Shown here piece by piece: positions 63,547 through 64,000 of a stretch of DNA of 64,000 bases. The notes under the pieces were generated by a model. The model saw only the letters and a program-made list of their open reading frames with translations, searched no databases and was not told the DNA's origin. Source of the stretch: Octopus sinensis (taxonomy: Eukaryota). The translations under genes and the position numbers were made by a program. The first letter of the stretch is position 1; every line of letters starts with the position of its first letter. Where the stretch lies: NCBI RefSeq assembly GCF_006345805.1, contig NC_042998.1, positions 62,248,001 through 62,312,000 on the forward strand. The letters run 5' to 3'.

Positions 63547-63918
63547 TAGGCGCAGAAGTGGCTGTGTGGTAAGTAGCTTGCTTACCAACCACATGATTCC
63601 GGGCTGACCTCGGGCTGACCTCAGCCTCGGGCTGACCAAAACCTTGTGAGTGGATTTGGTAGACGGAAACTGGAAGAAGCCTGTCGTATATATGCATATA
63701 CATATATATATATATGTGTGTGTTTGTCCCCCCAACATCGCTTGACAACCGATGCTGGTGTGTTTACGTCCCCGTAACTTAGCAGTTCGGCAAAAAGAGA
63801 CCGATAGAATAAGTACTAGGCTTACAAAGAATAAGTCTTGGGGTTGATTTTTTCGACTAAAGGTGGTGCTCCAGCATGGCCACAGTCAAATGACTGAAAC
63901 TAGTAAAAGAGTAAAGAG
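63547..63918 (+). mobile_element. SINE family B (tRNA-like head, internal microsatellite, (AAAAGAGT)n tail)
   Basis: A-box/B-box-like head tggctgtgtggtaag...ggttcagtccc; body ccccgtaacttagcggttcggc; tail gtcaaatgactgaaac-agtaaaagagtaa. Other copies at 3937-4335, 47930-48312, 62070-62490 (plus) and about 1340-1770, 10330-10720, 19030-19440, 51090-51520 (minus). Confidence 0.85.
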
Positions 63919-64000
63919 TTTAAGTCTACAAATAAGTGCACACATGATTATGTCTGTGTGTCAGTGAGTGCGTGTTTGAAAGTGAGCACGCATATCAGAG

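Noticed and set aside
63547-63625. tRNA genes at SINE heads
   Set aside because: Only A/B-box-like remnants continuous with SINE bodies; no complete cloverleaf.

Overview
AT-rich, microsatellite-dense animal genomic DNA. The SINE, MITE and LINE families suggest an octopus-type cephalopod genome; this is an inference from repeat content, not a database match. The only protein-coding gene I can support is a plus-strand TXNDC11/EFP1-like ER thioredoxin-domain gene. Twelve consecutive GT-AG exons (12817-42810, 2289 nt, 762 full codons) join in compatible phases and encode a WCTRS (CxxS) domain and a WCGFC (CxxC) domain. The first exon (N-terminus/TM) and the C-terminal exon(s) were not found. The rest is intronic or intergenic DNA filled with several tRNA-type SINE families, RTE, CR1/L2-like and R4/Dong-like LINE fragments, two solo LTRs with 4-bp TSDs, mariner, hAT and piggyBac-type MITEs, foldback hairpins and minisatellites. 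Most notable: a minimal hammerhead-ribozyme motif of the Penelope type (plus a decayed second copy); two neighbouring nests of restriction-like-endonuclease retrotransposons at (AAT)n and (ACAT)n microsatellites; an RTE RT fragment fused to the dominant SINE tail; a 5'-inverted RTE insertion; a mariner element built from two left ends; and a tandem duplication that left a frameshifted decoy copy of a TXNDC11 exon. I found no clear evidence for a wholly new multi-gene system. Repeat boundaries are hand-estimated (about +/-10-20 bp unless TSDs are quoted).
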